Source: a virus
Taxonomy: Duplodnaviria > Caudoviricetes
Strand: one strand, 5' to 3'
DNA length: 62,920 nucleotides
Virus record (IMG/VR): IMGVR_UViG_3300031576_000042
Span: 1 to 62,920 of that record
Positions 36,628-46,240 of the stretch are shown one piece after another (the stretch's first letter is position 1; each line of letters starts with the position of its first letter). The position numbers and the translations under genes were made by a program. The notes beneath the pieces were generated by a model. That model was not told the DNA's origin, searched no databases, and worked only from the letters and a program-made list of their open reading frames with translations.

Positions 36628-39336
36628 ATGACTGTCGCATATACCCTCCCAACTGCTGGCGACCATCCTCGTATTCATCTTGGCAACACTACAGCAAATG
36701 GCAAGGGGCCTTTGCTGACCATTATTCGTGATCGTGTCACAACAGGCTCTAATAAGACTCACAGGAAATGGTGGGACGGTAATAACTCTGACGGCACACC
36801 TGCTTCTCCTCAGCCCACAGGGCAGAATCTTCAGAGCTATTGTAATCAGCGTCTCAACACCTCTACCTACCCGAATACTTATTTTGCAACAAAAGAAGGT
36901 GAATACACTGGAGCGCTTGCTTTTTCTTATCTCATGGACAATGCTAATACTGCCCATGCTGACAGGGCTATTCAGATTGCTCTGTATCTCTGTACTTTAA
37001 CCGTAGGATCGTCACAGTCAGATCGTAATAAGGTCGCTGCACTTGCTATGGTCTATGATTGGGCCTACGCAAGAATTTCTACTGGAGATCGGTCTACTAT
37101 TAGGAAAAAGATTCGCGACTACGTTGACGCTCTTGAGCATATTGGAAATACAACTGAATTCTATTGGGGTGAAGCACATGGTGACGATGTTTACGCCGTA
37201 TTTGCTCTGTTAGCTATTCTTGAGGACATGTTGGCTGGTGAGGGAACTACCAATGCTCAGCTTGTCACTTGGTTGAACGACCTTCTTGATCGGTTTGACA
37301 ATGGTGTAAATAACGTATCGTATTTTGCTGGTTTCAGACATTTTGGAAATTCTGACGGTGGGACACACAAGGGTGCCGGGCCTCACGGGTATGACACACA
37401 GAGTGAGACGTTCTACATACGCCTTATGCCTGCGTTTAAGAGCTGCATTGGAGTGAATTGGAACACAAGTGAAGCTTGGTGGCAGAATCTCGGGCATTGG
37501 CGTTTATGGACTTGGCGTAATGATAGATCATTTTATCGTATCGGTGAAGGTCGGGTTTACTCTAAATATCACAACGCGATTGAAGCACATATGCTTCAGA
37601 TTGCTGATAACCAGAGTAATGTGTATGGGGAGCATTGTCAGTGGTTGGCAGACGAGATAGAGGAAGTCAACGATCCATTCGGCGGTATTTGGGGGCCTTA
37701 TCAGGTCTGGAATATTCTGTTCCGAAACACTTCCAGGGCTCGTATACGGCCTACTGTAGCGCGTATGGGAACTTATATGCGCCACTTTGCCAACGTAGCA
37801 TGCACAGTTATTCGAGATGGGTGGGATGAGGCAGGCACTTCATGGCTGTTTCATTCCGATAAGTATTTTCCTGGCGGGCACTCGTCACGCAGTGGTGGTC
37901 AGTTTCAGGCGGCTGTTAATGGGTATCCAATTTACGTTAAGCATGGTTTGTACGATCCAAACCAAACTACTACTTGGAAAAATCCTGCTGATTTAAACCC
38001 TGATCTATCATTGAGGAAGACTGGGCACAGATACACCTACATGAATCGAGCTTGTACGCATAATGTAGTTAGGATCAAGCATGATTCCGAGCCAAGCTCT
38101 AATATGTCTGACTCGTTTCAGGAAACACTTTCTGGAACGAGTAGGTTTGGTATTCGTGTTGCATCTGATACTCTGTCGACTTCTGAGGTCACGAATATTG
38201 GCGACCAGCTTTGGCCAAAAAATACAGGTGCAACCAAGTTTGAGCCGCATAGTGTAGATGATCTGATCGGTGGCTCACCTGAAGCTAAGTGGCTTATGAC
38301 GCCTACTGCACTGGCTCCTGTGGAGGAGCTTAACAAGGCTGTTTATGGTGTCATGGATCTCACTAAGTATTATTGGGCGACAAAGTTGACTTTGTATCGA
38401 CGCCATTTTCTTTGGATTGGTGCTGGTCAGATTCCTTCTTGGGATCGCCCAATCATGCTTATTTTTGACGATATTACACTTCCTTCTATCGGGACGACAC
38501 CTGGGAATAAAGCTACATTGTTTCAACTTCAAGCTAAGGTGCAGGCAGTATGGGATTCTGGTAACAAGTTGCTTACTGTGACTAATGGTACAGGTCGTTC
38601 TTTTACAAAGATTTTGTTCCCAACAACAGTTGATCGAGCTGAGATATCCGGCTTTACAGTAGACGGAAATACTTTTCCTGAGACTCTTATTGACGATTAT
38701 AGTGATTCTGTTGAGAGTGGTGCTGTAGTAGCTTATCGTAACGAGATAAATCCTACAGCAGCCGGGACAAGAATTCAGTACTTGACGTTTCATTGTCTGT
38801 GCGCGTCAAATATTGCTGTGCCGCCTACAATCACTACTATTGATACTGGAGGATCTGCCGATGTTGGCTGGCTAGGTGGCTACGTCAATGGTATTGAGTG
38901 TCGTATTGAGAAGGGCGGATCTCCATACAACTACTTTGTTGGTGTTGAAGGTCCGCCATCCCCTCCTTCTCCTGGGATTATGAAGGAGAATGTCACACTT
39001 TACAATAATCAGATACTCACTGCTGGTGGTGGGCCTACCACTTCTGCCTGGCAAGATGTGACAATGGCGCATGAGGTTCAGGTTCATATCAAGCTGACAA
39101 ATACTACTGGTATAACAACTCGTGCGTCTGTTGTCCTTGAGGTCTGTGCCAATACGACGAATAACATTGTTGCTCAGTATGAAAAGGCGCTGAATGGCAC
39201 GAAGATAAATAATGACGTGAAGTCTACGTCGATACGGCTTCCTGCTGGTGTAAAGTACTTCCGTATCAAAGCTACCCATTCTGTTGGTGGTGACACACGT
39301 CTTGATTGTGAGTTTACGAAGGTAACTGCTATGTAA
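36628..39336 (+). CDS. Heparinase II/III-like polysaccharide lyase fused to a C-terminal virion-type domain
   Basis: HPRIHL, LAMVYDWAY helical region, IRDGWD....WLF.S...GGH....GQF, HNVV; Pro-rich linker then ~115-aa domain. Confidence 0.6.
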   Translation: MTVAYTLPTAGDHPRIHLGNTTANGKGPLLTIIRDRVTTGSNKTHRKWWDGNNSDGTPASPQPTGQNLQSYCNQRLNTSTYPNTYFATKEGEYTGALAFSYLMDNANTAHADRAIQIALYLCTLTVGSSQSDRNKVAALAMVYDWAYARISTGDRSTIRKKIRDYVDALEHIGNTTEFYWGEAHGDDVYAVFALLAILEDMLAGEGTTNAQLVTWLNDLLDRFDNGVNNVSYFAGFRHFGNSDGGTHKGAGPHGYDTQSETFYIRLMPAFKSCIGVNWNTSEAWWQNLGHWRLWTWRNDRSFYRIGEGRVYSKYHNAIEAHMLQIADNQSNVYGEHCQWLADEIEEVNDPFGGIWGPYQVWNILFRNTSRARIRPTVARMGTYMRHFANVACTVIRDGWDEAGTSWLFHSDKYFPGGHSSRSGGQFQAAVNGYPIYVKHGLYDPNQTTTWKNPADLNPDLSLRKTGHRYTYMNRACTHNVVRIKHDSEPSSNMSDSFQETLSGTSRFGIRVASDTLSTSEVTNIGDQLWPKNTGATKFEPHSVDDLIGGSPEAKWLMTPTALAPVEELNKAVYGVMDLTKYYWATKLTLYRRHFLWIGAGQIPSWDRPIMLIFDDITLPSIGTTPGNKATLFQLQAKVQAVWDSGNKLLTVTNGTGRSFTKILFPTTVDRAEISGFTVDGNTFPETLIDDYSDSVESGAVVAYRNEINPTAAGTRIQYLTFHCLCASNIAVPPTITTIDTGGSADVGWLGGYVNGIECRIEKGGSPYNYFVGVEGPPSPPSPGIMKENVTLYNNQILTAGGGPTTSAWQDVTMAHEVQVHIKLTNTTGITTRASVVLEVCANTTNNIVAQYEKALNGTKINNDVKSTSIRLPAGVKYFRIKATHSVGGDTRLDCEFTKVTAM

Positions 39337-39369
39337 GCTTTATCAATTTTATAAACAATTTAATTCCTG

Positions 39370-39407
39370 TAAGATCCAAGATTTCATTTCTTGGGTCTTA
39401 TTTTTTT
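39370..39407 (+). terminator. Rho-independent terminator
   Basis: TAAGATCCAAGA...TCTTGGGTCTTA + T7. Confidence 0.7.
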
Positions 39408-39596
39408 GATAAACTACTTGTGCCAGGCTGTTTAATAAGCTGATTATATCCTTACATCTACGTGTAGTAACCAGTGGCTTATAGCTCAGATTGTGTGGCT
39501 ATAGATGATTATAAAAGGCTTGGTAAAGCGCTGTGTGCCCTACGCAGCGCTTTTATAAGCTGTTTATATGGTGAGGAGGAGTAATCCTTTGCTTGA

Positions 39597-39941
39597 ATGG
39601 ACCAGTCGCCCATGGAAACCTTTAACCGGATCGTCAAGCAATTCGGATCCATTATGGCCATGTTCGCAGTTGGAGTCGGGGCTTACTTCGAGGCACGTAT
39701 GGCCATTCGCGACAACACGCGAGAGATTAAGGAGCTTCGTGTCGCACTTGATGGCTTTGTCGCTCGTGATCTTGACCGTAGCGCTTTTGGCCCTGACGGT
39801 TTTCTCGATCCTAAGATTCGCGCAGGACTGGAAGCCAACATCCGAAAGTATCTTGAGATCCAAGGATTCACAGACAGAAGGTTCCGGGAAGCATTTTTCC
39901 AGCTCAACCCCACCATCATTAAACCAAAGGACGATAAGTAA
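39597..39941 (+). CDS. Membrane protein, holin-like candidate
   Basis: SD GAGGAG; one N-terminal TM helix (FGSIMAMFAVGVGAYF) then coiled coil. Confidence 0.4.
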   Translation: MDQSPMETFNRIVKQFGSIMAMFAVGVGAYFEARMAIRDNTREIKELRVALDGFVARDLDRSAFGPDGFLDPKIRAGLEANIRKYLEIQGFTDRRFREAFFQLNPTIIKPKDDK

Positions 39942-39944
39942 CCC

Positions 39945-40223
39945 ATGAGACGACTCATTTGGACACTTCCGATCGTTTTCGTCTGTGGCTGCGCTGGCTT
40001 CGGCGATTACGTCACGACCGACCCTGACGGCCTCGGTCCGCAAGTATCGCCCATGGTGCAGGTTGGCTCGGATGTGGTGGGTGCTCTCTCCGCCTTCGAG
40101 CAGGGGGGAATCCTTGCCGGCATCGCGGCGCTCGCGCTCACGGCCGGGAAGACTGGCCTGCGGGTCTACAGCGGCTGGAGCGCTGCGAAGGCTGCCAAGG
40201 CGGCAACGGAGGTCACGAAGTGA
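39945..40223 (+). CDS. Small lipoprotein with C-terminal hydrophobic helix
   Basis: MRR + hydrophobic + VCGC lipobox; GGILAGIAALAL. Confidence 0.55.
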   Translation: MRRLIWTLPIVFVCGCAGFGDYVTTDPDGLGPQVSPMVQVGSDVVGALSAFEQGGILAGIAALALTAGKTGLRVYSGWSAAKAAKAATEVTK

Positions 40224-42061
40224 ACAAGCTAGAGCGCTTGGTGATCTACTTCTTGCTCGGCGTTGCCATTGGCCTTGAGGTCGTCGGCTGCGGCTCTGGC
40301 TCCTCTGGCGGTTCCACGTCAACGCGCGTCGCCGCAGTCGAGAATCCAGCGCTCGCCTCACGCACGTCTGGCGTCGCGCCGCTGGCTGTCTTCTTCGACT
40401 CGGGCGCTGTCGGGGACGCTTTCCTCGGCGACGAGCACCGCTGGGACTTCGGGGACCCTGGTAGCGGAACGTGGTCACTCTCTGGCCGCTCGAGGAACAC
40501 CGAGACCGGCCCCATTGCCGGCCATGTCTACGAGGTGCCAGGCGTCTACGTCGCCACGCTGAATGGCACGGACACTGTGACGATCACGGTCGAGGACCCA
40601 GAGGTAGTATTCTCTGGCGAGGCGACCTGTTGCTTTTCCCGCACGGGGGACTTCACCGGGGCGCCGGCTGGCGCGCTGCTCGTCACCGCTACGAGCCTCG
40701 CGACTGTCGCGAGCCACCTCGCGCCCGGCCGGCGTCTTTTGCTCAGGAGAGGTGAGACATGGAGTCAAGGAAGCGCACAATTCGGGGGAGTCCTGTCTGG
40801 TCCTGGGATCATCGGGGCTTTCGGGCAGGGTTCCCGGCCGCTTATCCAAATCACTGGGCAGCTCTTTGCCCCGCGCTGGACCGACTGGCGGATCATGGAC
40901 CTGGAGATCCAAGGCTCGGGGACGAGCGCGAGAGCGTTCCGCTCTGCCGGCCAGAACAGCCAGGTGCTGGTGTTCCGCTGCCGGGCGATTAGCGTCAAGA
41001 CCGGCTTCAGCTTCTCGACGAGCCACATGGGCGGAGCGCTCTTCTCCATGCCCGCCGTGGTCGAGTGCCAGGTAGACAACCTCGTGGGTGGCCTGGGTGG
41101 CTACGGCAGCATGTTTGCCGGCTCGCAGGCGCTCTTCCTCGGCAACGTTTACCTCTCTGCTGAAGGCGGCGAGCACAACCTGCGCGTTCCGTGGGCCGAG
41201 GGCTGCGTCATCGCGCACTGTCAGCTTGAGCGACCAAGTTCGAGCAAGCACGTCGTTAAGCTCCACGGGCCACCGTGGGAAGGCACAGGGCTCGGGAATC
41301 ACCAGTACACCGAGCGCGTCATGATCGCGCGCAACGTCTTCCGCGGCGGGCTCGCAAGCTGGATCGTGGTCTCGGCTCCCGAGGATGACCACACGGACCA
41401 GCGTGTTCGCACGGTCCTTGTTGAGGGCAACCGCGTCGAGGCGGGCATCAACATGCAGAACGCCTTCCAAGTGAGCTGCATTGGCTTCCTCGCCCGCAAC
41501 AACATTGTCGTCGGCACCAGCGGGCGGTCCTGCACAGGCTTCTCGATCGGCAGGCGTGGCGGCGAGCCGTTCCCCACTGGAATCTGGATCTTGCACAACA
41601 CGGCCTATACCGCCGACCCCGATCGCTTCACGCTCGCTTCGGTTGGCTCTGGCGTCACAGATGTTCTTGTCCACGGGAACCTTGGCTCGGCGCCCAACTC
41701 AAGTAACAAGACCCTCGTCAGCGGGCCGGCGACATCTACGAGCAACCTCCTGAGCGACAACCCTCTTTTCACTAGCCCGCCCGCTGATTTCTCTCTCACC
41801 CCTGGGAGCCCCGCGATCGACGCTGCCCCGGCGATTGCCGAGGTCTGGGATGATTATCCCGGCACGATTCGCGGGGCTGCCTTTGATATTGGGGCCTACG
41901 AGGTGCCCGAGGAGGGATCGCCGCCAGTGCTGGTCGTTCTGGATGCCGACCTGGACGGCGTACCTGATTCCACCGACAACTGTCCGACGGTTACCAACCC
42001 AGAGCAGGGCGATGCCGATGGCGATCTCGTTGGCGATGCCTGCTGTGCTCTCGTGAGGTGA
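40220..42061 (+). CDS. Secreted lipoprotein: PKD domain + parallel beta-helix + thrombospondin type-3 repeat
   Basis: Lipobox VVGC; SGVAPLAVFFD/WDFGD/HVYEVPGVY (PKD); repeated GN/NN/HN ladders; DFSLTPGSPAIDA..DIGAYE; DADLDGVPDSTDNCP...DADGDLVGDAC. Confidence 0.75.
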   Translation: MNKLERLVIYFLLGVAIGLEVVGCGSGSSGGSTSTRVAAVENPALASRTSGVAPLAVFFDSGAVGDAFLGDEHRWDFGDPGSGTWSLSGRSRNTETGPIAGHVYEVPGVYVATLNGTDTVTITVEDPEVVFSGEATCCFSRTGDFTGAPAGALLVTATSLATVASHLAPGRRLLLRRGETWSQGSAQFGGVLSGPGIIGAFGQGSRPLIQITGQLFAPRWTDWRIMDLEIQGSGTSARAFRSAGQNSQVLVFRCRAISVKTGFSFSTSHMGGALFSMPAVVECQVDNLVGGLGGYGSMFAGSQALFLGNVYLSAEGGEHNLRVPWAEGCVIAHCQLERPSSSKHVVKLHGPPWEGTGLGNHQYTERVMIARNVFRGGLASWIVVSAPEDDHTDQRVRTVLVEGNRVEAGINMQNAFQVSCIGFLARNNIVVGTSGRSCTGFSIGRRGGEPFPTGIWILHNTAYTADPDRFTLASVGSGVTDVLVHGNLGSAPNSSNKTLVSGPATSTSNLLSDNPLFTSPPADFSLTPGSPAIDAAPAIAEVWDDYPGTIRGAAFDIGAYEVPEEGSPPVLVVLDADLDGVPDSTDNCPTVTNPEQGDADGDLVGDACCALVR

Positions 42062-42062
42062 A

Positions 42063-43175
42063 ATGGCTTCCGCTGGTGGACTGATACTGCCGCTCGCTGG
42101 CCCATACTGGGGCGCGAATGCTGCGTTCAATGCCCATGGCACGGTGCTCGACTTATCGACTGACAAGAACGCCTGGATCTTTCAGGCGGAGGCCGGGATA
42201 TCAATCGCCCGGCTTGGCGTCCGACTACAAGCCAAGACTGGCACAAGCCCGACCTACTCCATCAACTTGCAGGGCGTCAATGTCAGTGGGCTTCCAGACG
42301 GGACGATTAAGGGCGGCGCCTCGCCAGCCTCGGCGACCTTCACGGTGACGAGCTGGACTGTTGGGACCTTCAATTGGGTGACGCTCTCCAACGCCTATAC
42401 ATGCACACGCGGCGAGCTTCTCGCGCTCGTGGTGGAGCACTCAAGTGGCACGATCGATGGCTTGAACAATATCACCCTGACGGCATCTGTCAACCATACC
42501 GAGGGCAACTTCCAGTTCCCGAAGGTGACTGGCTCCACCGGAACGTGGGCGAACCACGCCGCCACGCAAAGGCCGATTTACGGATACGGCACCAGCACGC
42601 GAGCGTATGGCTGGCCGCTCAACAATGCGGGGACTGTCACGTACAACTCTGGCACCGTTGGAGCAGATGAGTATGCGCAGCGCTTTGTAGTGCCGACTTG
42701 GTTTTGCTCGACCTTCACCTTGCGTGGGATACGAGTGCAGTCGAACTTCATCCCAGCCCAAAATATGTCATTTGAGCTATCAGATGCGACTGGGCTTACC
42801 TATGGCACTCCGCTCGAGGTGATTTCTCTCGACGGAGATCTTGGCGGGACATCTCCATCGAATGACGTTGCGGTGGTGATGTTCGATGCCAGCTCGCTCC
42901 CGGTCCTCAACGCTGGGACGCCATACAGAATTAGTCAGAGGCCGGAGGGCACGACCAGCACCAACATTTATTGGGTTGATGTGGCAAGTGCGGCTGACTG
43001 GGAGGCATTTCCGCCATTTGGTGACCAGAGCGTTTTTGAGGAGAATGCACTCGATCAGGCTGGGAGCTGGACTCAAGTGACGACCAGAAGGTTGCTGATG
43101 GATCTCATCTTCGACGACATCACGCCGCCGACTGGCGGTACAAACATCTTCATCCCTCGAAGGAGGATCGCATGA
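42063..43175 (+). CDS. Beta-rich putative virion/carbohydrate-binding protein
   Basis: Two internally similar beta-sandwich-like halves; structural-module context. Confidence 0.5.
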   Translation: MASAGGLILPLAGPYWGANAAFNAHGTVLDLSTDKNAWIFQAEAGISIARLGVRLQAKTGTSPTYSINLQGVNVSGLPDGTIKGGASPASATFTVTSWTVGTFNWVTLSNAYTCTRGELLALVVEHSSGTIDGLNNITLTASVNHTEGNFQFPKVTGSTGTWANHAATQRPIYGYGTSTRAYGWPLNNAGTVTYNSGTVGADEYAQRFVVPTWFCSTFTLRGIRVQSNFIPAQNMSFELSDATGLTYGTPLEVISLDGDLGGTSPSNDVAVVMFDASSLPVLNAGTPYRISQRPEGTTSTNIYWVDVASAADWEAFPPFGDQSVFEENALDQAGSWTQVTTRRLLMDLIFDDITPPTGGTNIFIPRRRIA

Positions 43176-43654
43176 GAGGCGTCTACACGGGACGAATAGT
43201 CCATACTGCGTTGGCTGCCGCCAAGGATCTGCTCGTTATTACTTCTCCAACAGATCGAGTGATCGAGATCCTTGAAGCGCACGTCACGAACCGTACACAG
43301 GAAACTAACGAGCAACTCGAAGCTGCGCTTTTCCGTTGCACAGTCGCTGGCACTGGAGCTGCCACTGCCATTACAAAGAAGCCGCACGAGCCAAACGATG
43401 CCGCTGCCGGCGCAACGCTGGAGCACACATACGCTACAACGCAGCCAACGCTCGATGCTGATCCTGTCGGCGGCATGGAGCCTGGGTTCTCGTCGCTCGC
43501 TGGATGGCATTTCGCGCCGATTCCTGAATCGAGAATCTACGTCTGCGGCACGGCCGCTGAAGCTGACACTAAGATACTCGTTCTACGCCTTATCACGGCG
43601 ACATTTACGGCGTTTGACTGCGTGGCTAGCATCACCTGGAGGGAGATCGGGTAG
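43172..43654 (+). CDS. Putative virion structural protein
   Basis: SD AGGAGG; beta-rich 160 aa. Confidence 0.5.
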   Translation: MRGVYTGRIVHTALAAAKDLLVITSPTDRVIEILEAHVTNRTQETNEQLEAALFRCTVAGTGAATAITKKPHEPNDAAAGATLEHTYATTQPTLDADPVGGMEPGFSSLAGWHFAPIPESRIYVCGTAAEADTKILVLRLITATFTAFDCVASITWREIG

Positions 43655-43657
43655 ACT

Positions 43658-44560
43658 TTGCGCTCAATTGCAGGCTATGTAAGGTCTGGAATAATCTTTT
43701 CGCGCACATGGACGCGCGAGGAGCTGGTACAGCCGCGCCGTAGAAAACGAGTTGCTGTACTTTTTCCACCTTCAGGCGCTTCTATAGTCAATCCTGCGGC
43801 GGCTACAGCTACTGCAACAGCTAATAATCCAGTAGCTATTATTACGGTTGCGCCAAGCGCTGCGACTGCTACAGCTACCGCGCCAAGCCCTACTGCTATT
43901 CTTGTAGCTCTTCCTGGTGCTGCAACTGCTGTATCTACAGCTAATGCTCCAGTAGCCGTACTAATTGCTCTTCCTGGTGTCGCTGTCGCTTCTGCTACAG
44001 CTAATACGCCAGTTGGTGTCATTACAGCTATTCCGCTTCCAGGTATTTCTTCTTCTACAGCAAACAGCCCGAATGGGTTTATCGTTGCATTTCCTGGTGT
44101 TGCAATTGCGACTGCTACAGCAAACAGCCCGACGACGATTCCAGCCGGTGGTGCAGATATAGTCAATCCACTTCCAGCCACCGCAGCATCGACTGCAAAT
44201 AACCCGCTTATAATCATCACGGCTACGCCAAGCTCAGCAATTGCTTCGGCTGTAGCTAATAATCCTGTTGGCAGCCTTACAGTATTTCCATCTGTTGCTG
44301 TTGCAACCGCCTCTGTTCCAAACCATACAGTAAATGTAGTTGCTCTACCTCTTTCAGGTGTCGGATCTGCTGTAGCTAATAATCTTCTTGGATTGATTGT
44401 AGCTTTCCCATCTCCTGCTACAGCTACTGCAACATCAAACGATCCGACTACTATTCCAAGTGCGTTTACTTATGTGACTGGAGTAGACTATTGGCTAGCT
44501 CCAGATAAAGAAAATGTTTGGGAGGCGCCAGACAAATTGCAGTCTTGGAAATTTCCTTAG
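43658..44560 (+). CDS. Ala/Thr/Pro-rich repeat protein (fibre/whisker-like)
   Basis: About 11 repeats of ~20 aa: P.xAxAxATANxPxxxIx. Confidence 0.65.
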   Translation: MRSIAGYVRSGIIFSRTWTREELVQPRRRKRVAVLFPPSGASIVNPAAATATATANNPVAIITVAPSAATATATAPSPTAILVALPGAATAVSTANAPVAVLIALPGVAVASATANTPVGVITAIPLPGISSSTANSPNGFIVAFPGVAIATATANSPTTIPAGGADIVNPLPATAASTANNPLIIITATPSSAIASAVANNPVGSLTVFPSVAVATASVPNHTVNVVALPLSGVGSAVANNLLGLIVAFPSPATATATSNDPTTIPSAFTYVTGVDYWLAPDKENVWEAPDKLQSWKFP

Positions 44561-44592
44561 TTTAGAAAAACAGTTTAATAAGGAGCTTATAA

Positions 44593-45054
44593 ATGGCAAG
44601 CCATTGGTACTCTGGTGGGATTATGCGTGGGCTGGATAACACTGTCGATTTTGATGGTGCGTCTGTAAAGATCGGGCTGTCTGCTGCGGCGCATATTCCA
44701 GATATCGACGATGATTTCCTTGATATTGCAGGAACTGCTGATTTTACAGCCAATGAAGCTACCGGCACTGGGTATGTAGGTACATTTGGAGGTGCAGGTA
44801 GAAAGAATCTTGTTAGTAATGATGTGACTACGGTTGATGCGTCAAACAGGGCGATGTTTGACGCTGCTGACCTTACTTGGACAGCGTACAATCCAACAAA
44901 TGCTGCCGCTCAAGCTACTATTCTTGTTGAGATTACAAACGATACTCTCAGCCCATGCCTTGTGAATCTTGACTTTCCTGATGTTGATCCTAACGGCAAC
45001 GACTTTACTATTCAGTTTCATGCTGATGGTATTGGCTATATCACGTCAAGCTAA
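44593..45054 (+). CDS. Putative virion protein, paralog of 45763..46224
   Basis: FGGAGRKNL, FDAADLTW, NGNDFTIQFHADGI. Confidence 0.7.
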   Translation: MASHWYSGGIMRGLDNTVDFDGASVKIGLSAAAHIPDIDDDFLDIAGTADFTANEATGTGYVGTFGGAGRKNLVSNDVTTVDASNRAMFDAADLTWTAYNPTNAAAQATILVEITNDTLSPCLVNLDFPDVDPNGNDFTIQFHADGIGYITSS

Positions 45055-45467
45055 TGCATATTAGTCGCGATCCTAAAGATATCGATACTGTTGCCAAATT
45101 CAGCACGCTTTTCAAGCATGGTGAAAAGGGTAAGTTCTTCTGTCATCATTGCGGAAAGATTCTTAATGATCTGCTTAATACTTTGCCTAACGACGGTGGA
45201 AGCTATGTTCGCCCGTGTTCCAATTGTGGAACAATGCTTTTGTTCGATCCAGGTTGGCTGGCTGCAAAGATGATCGAAGAGAATTTACGTAGGAATGCCG
45301 GTCTTCCTCCTGTAGTCGAGCCTAAGAATAAAAAAATATCTGATAGGTCGCCTAAGACTGGTGTTATCAAGGAAATTGTAAAGCCTGACGGGTCTAAAAT
45401 TATCATTGCATGTCCTGAGCCTGCAATAGGCTCTTCTGTAGCGCTTGGTTGGAATAAGAGTAAGTAA
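45054..45467 (+). CDS. Zn-ribbon hypothetical protein
   Basis: CHHCG...CSNCG. Confidence 0.55.
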   Translation: MHISRDPKDIDTVAKFSTLFKHGEKGKFFCHHCGKILNDLLNTLPNDGGSYVRPCSNCGTMLLFDPGWLAAKMIEENLRRNAGLPPVVEPKNKKISDRSPKTGVIKEIVKPDGSKIIIACPEPAIGSSVALGWNKSK

Positions 45468-45763
45468 TGGCTGTCGCTAATAAGGCCACTGAGATTTTGT
45501 TCAAGACTACTTATGAAGAGGTACTCTTTGATTTTAATTTCATAGAGGTGCTTGAGGTAGGGGAGACAATTACAGGTACGCCAGCCATAACCGCTGTACC
45601 ATCTGGGCTTATAATTTCGGGTATTGTAGTCAGTGGTGCTAAGGTTCAGGCTAAATACTCTTCTGGGACAGACGACGTTAAGTATACAGTTAAGTGTCAA
45701 GCAGTGACTACTCTTCAGAAGCATGAGCTTGTTGGGGAGCTATATGTTAGGGATATTCCGTAA
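45467..45763 (+). CDS. Putative fibre-adaptor/Ig-like virion protein
   Basis: K...E...FDF...L..GETI...SG.....Y.V.C pattern. Confidence 0.5.
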   Translation: MAVANKATEILFKTTYEEVLFDFNFIEVLEVGETITGTPAITAVPSGLIISGIVVSGAKVQAKYSSGTDDVKYTVKCQAVTTLQKHELVGELYVRDIP

Positions 45764-46224
45764 TGGCTACACTGGCATTTAATGAGGGGTATAAGCTAGT
45801 CAATTCTGGTGGTATTCGCCTTACTGTCGATACTATCAAGATCATGCTTGTGAATTCTTCTGTCACCCCTACTGGTGACGAGCCAACATTGAATACATTC
45901 TCTTCTGCTGAGATCAGCGTGACAAATTACACGTCTGGATTTGGTGGGACAGGCAGGAAGACGCTTGCTTCTGGGAACATGTCGTTCACTCGTGACGACG
46001 CTAACAATTACACGTACTTTGATTACACGCTCGATCTAACTTGGAGTGCTCTTGGATCTGGTGCTACAATTCGTGCTGGTATCCTTTACAAGCATACTGG
46101 CACTACTGATACAGACTGTATTCCAATAGCGTATCTACAGCTTGCGTCAGATGTGGTAACAAATGGCGGTGACTTCACATTCCAATTTCACTCGTCTGGT
46201 ATTTGGCGGACGAGCCAGGTTTAA
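45763..46224 (+). CDS. Putative virion protein, paralog of 44593..45054
   Basis: FGGTGRKTL, FDYTLDLTW, NGGDFTFQFHSSGI. Confidence 0.7.
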   Translation: MATLAFNEGYKLVNSGGIRLTVDTIKIMLVNSSVTPTGDEPTLNTFSSAEISVTNYTSGFGGTGRKTLASGNMSFTRDDANNYTYFDYTLDLTWSALGSGATIRAGILYKHTGTTDTDCIPIAYLQLASDVVTNGGDFTFQFHSSGIWRTSQV

Positions 46225-46240
46225 TAAGCAGCTTATATAA

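Noticed and set aside
39564-41674. Long minus-strand ORFs (304 aa, 399 aa) and similar ones at 27-33 kb
   Set aside because: Antisense shadows of GC-rich + strand genes; no recognisable motifs
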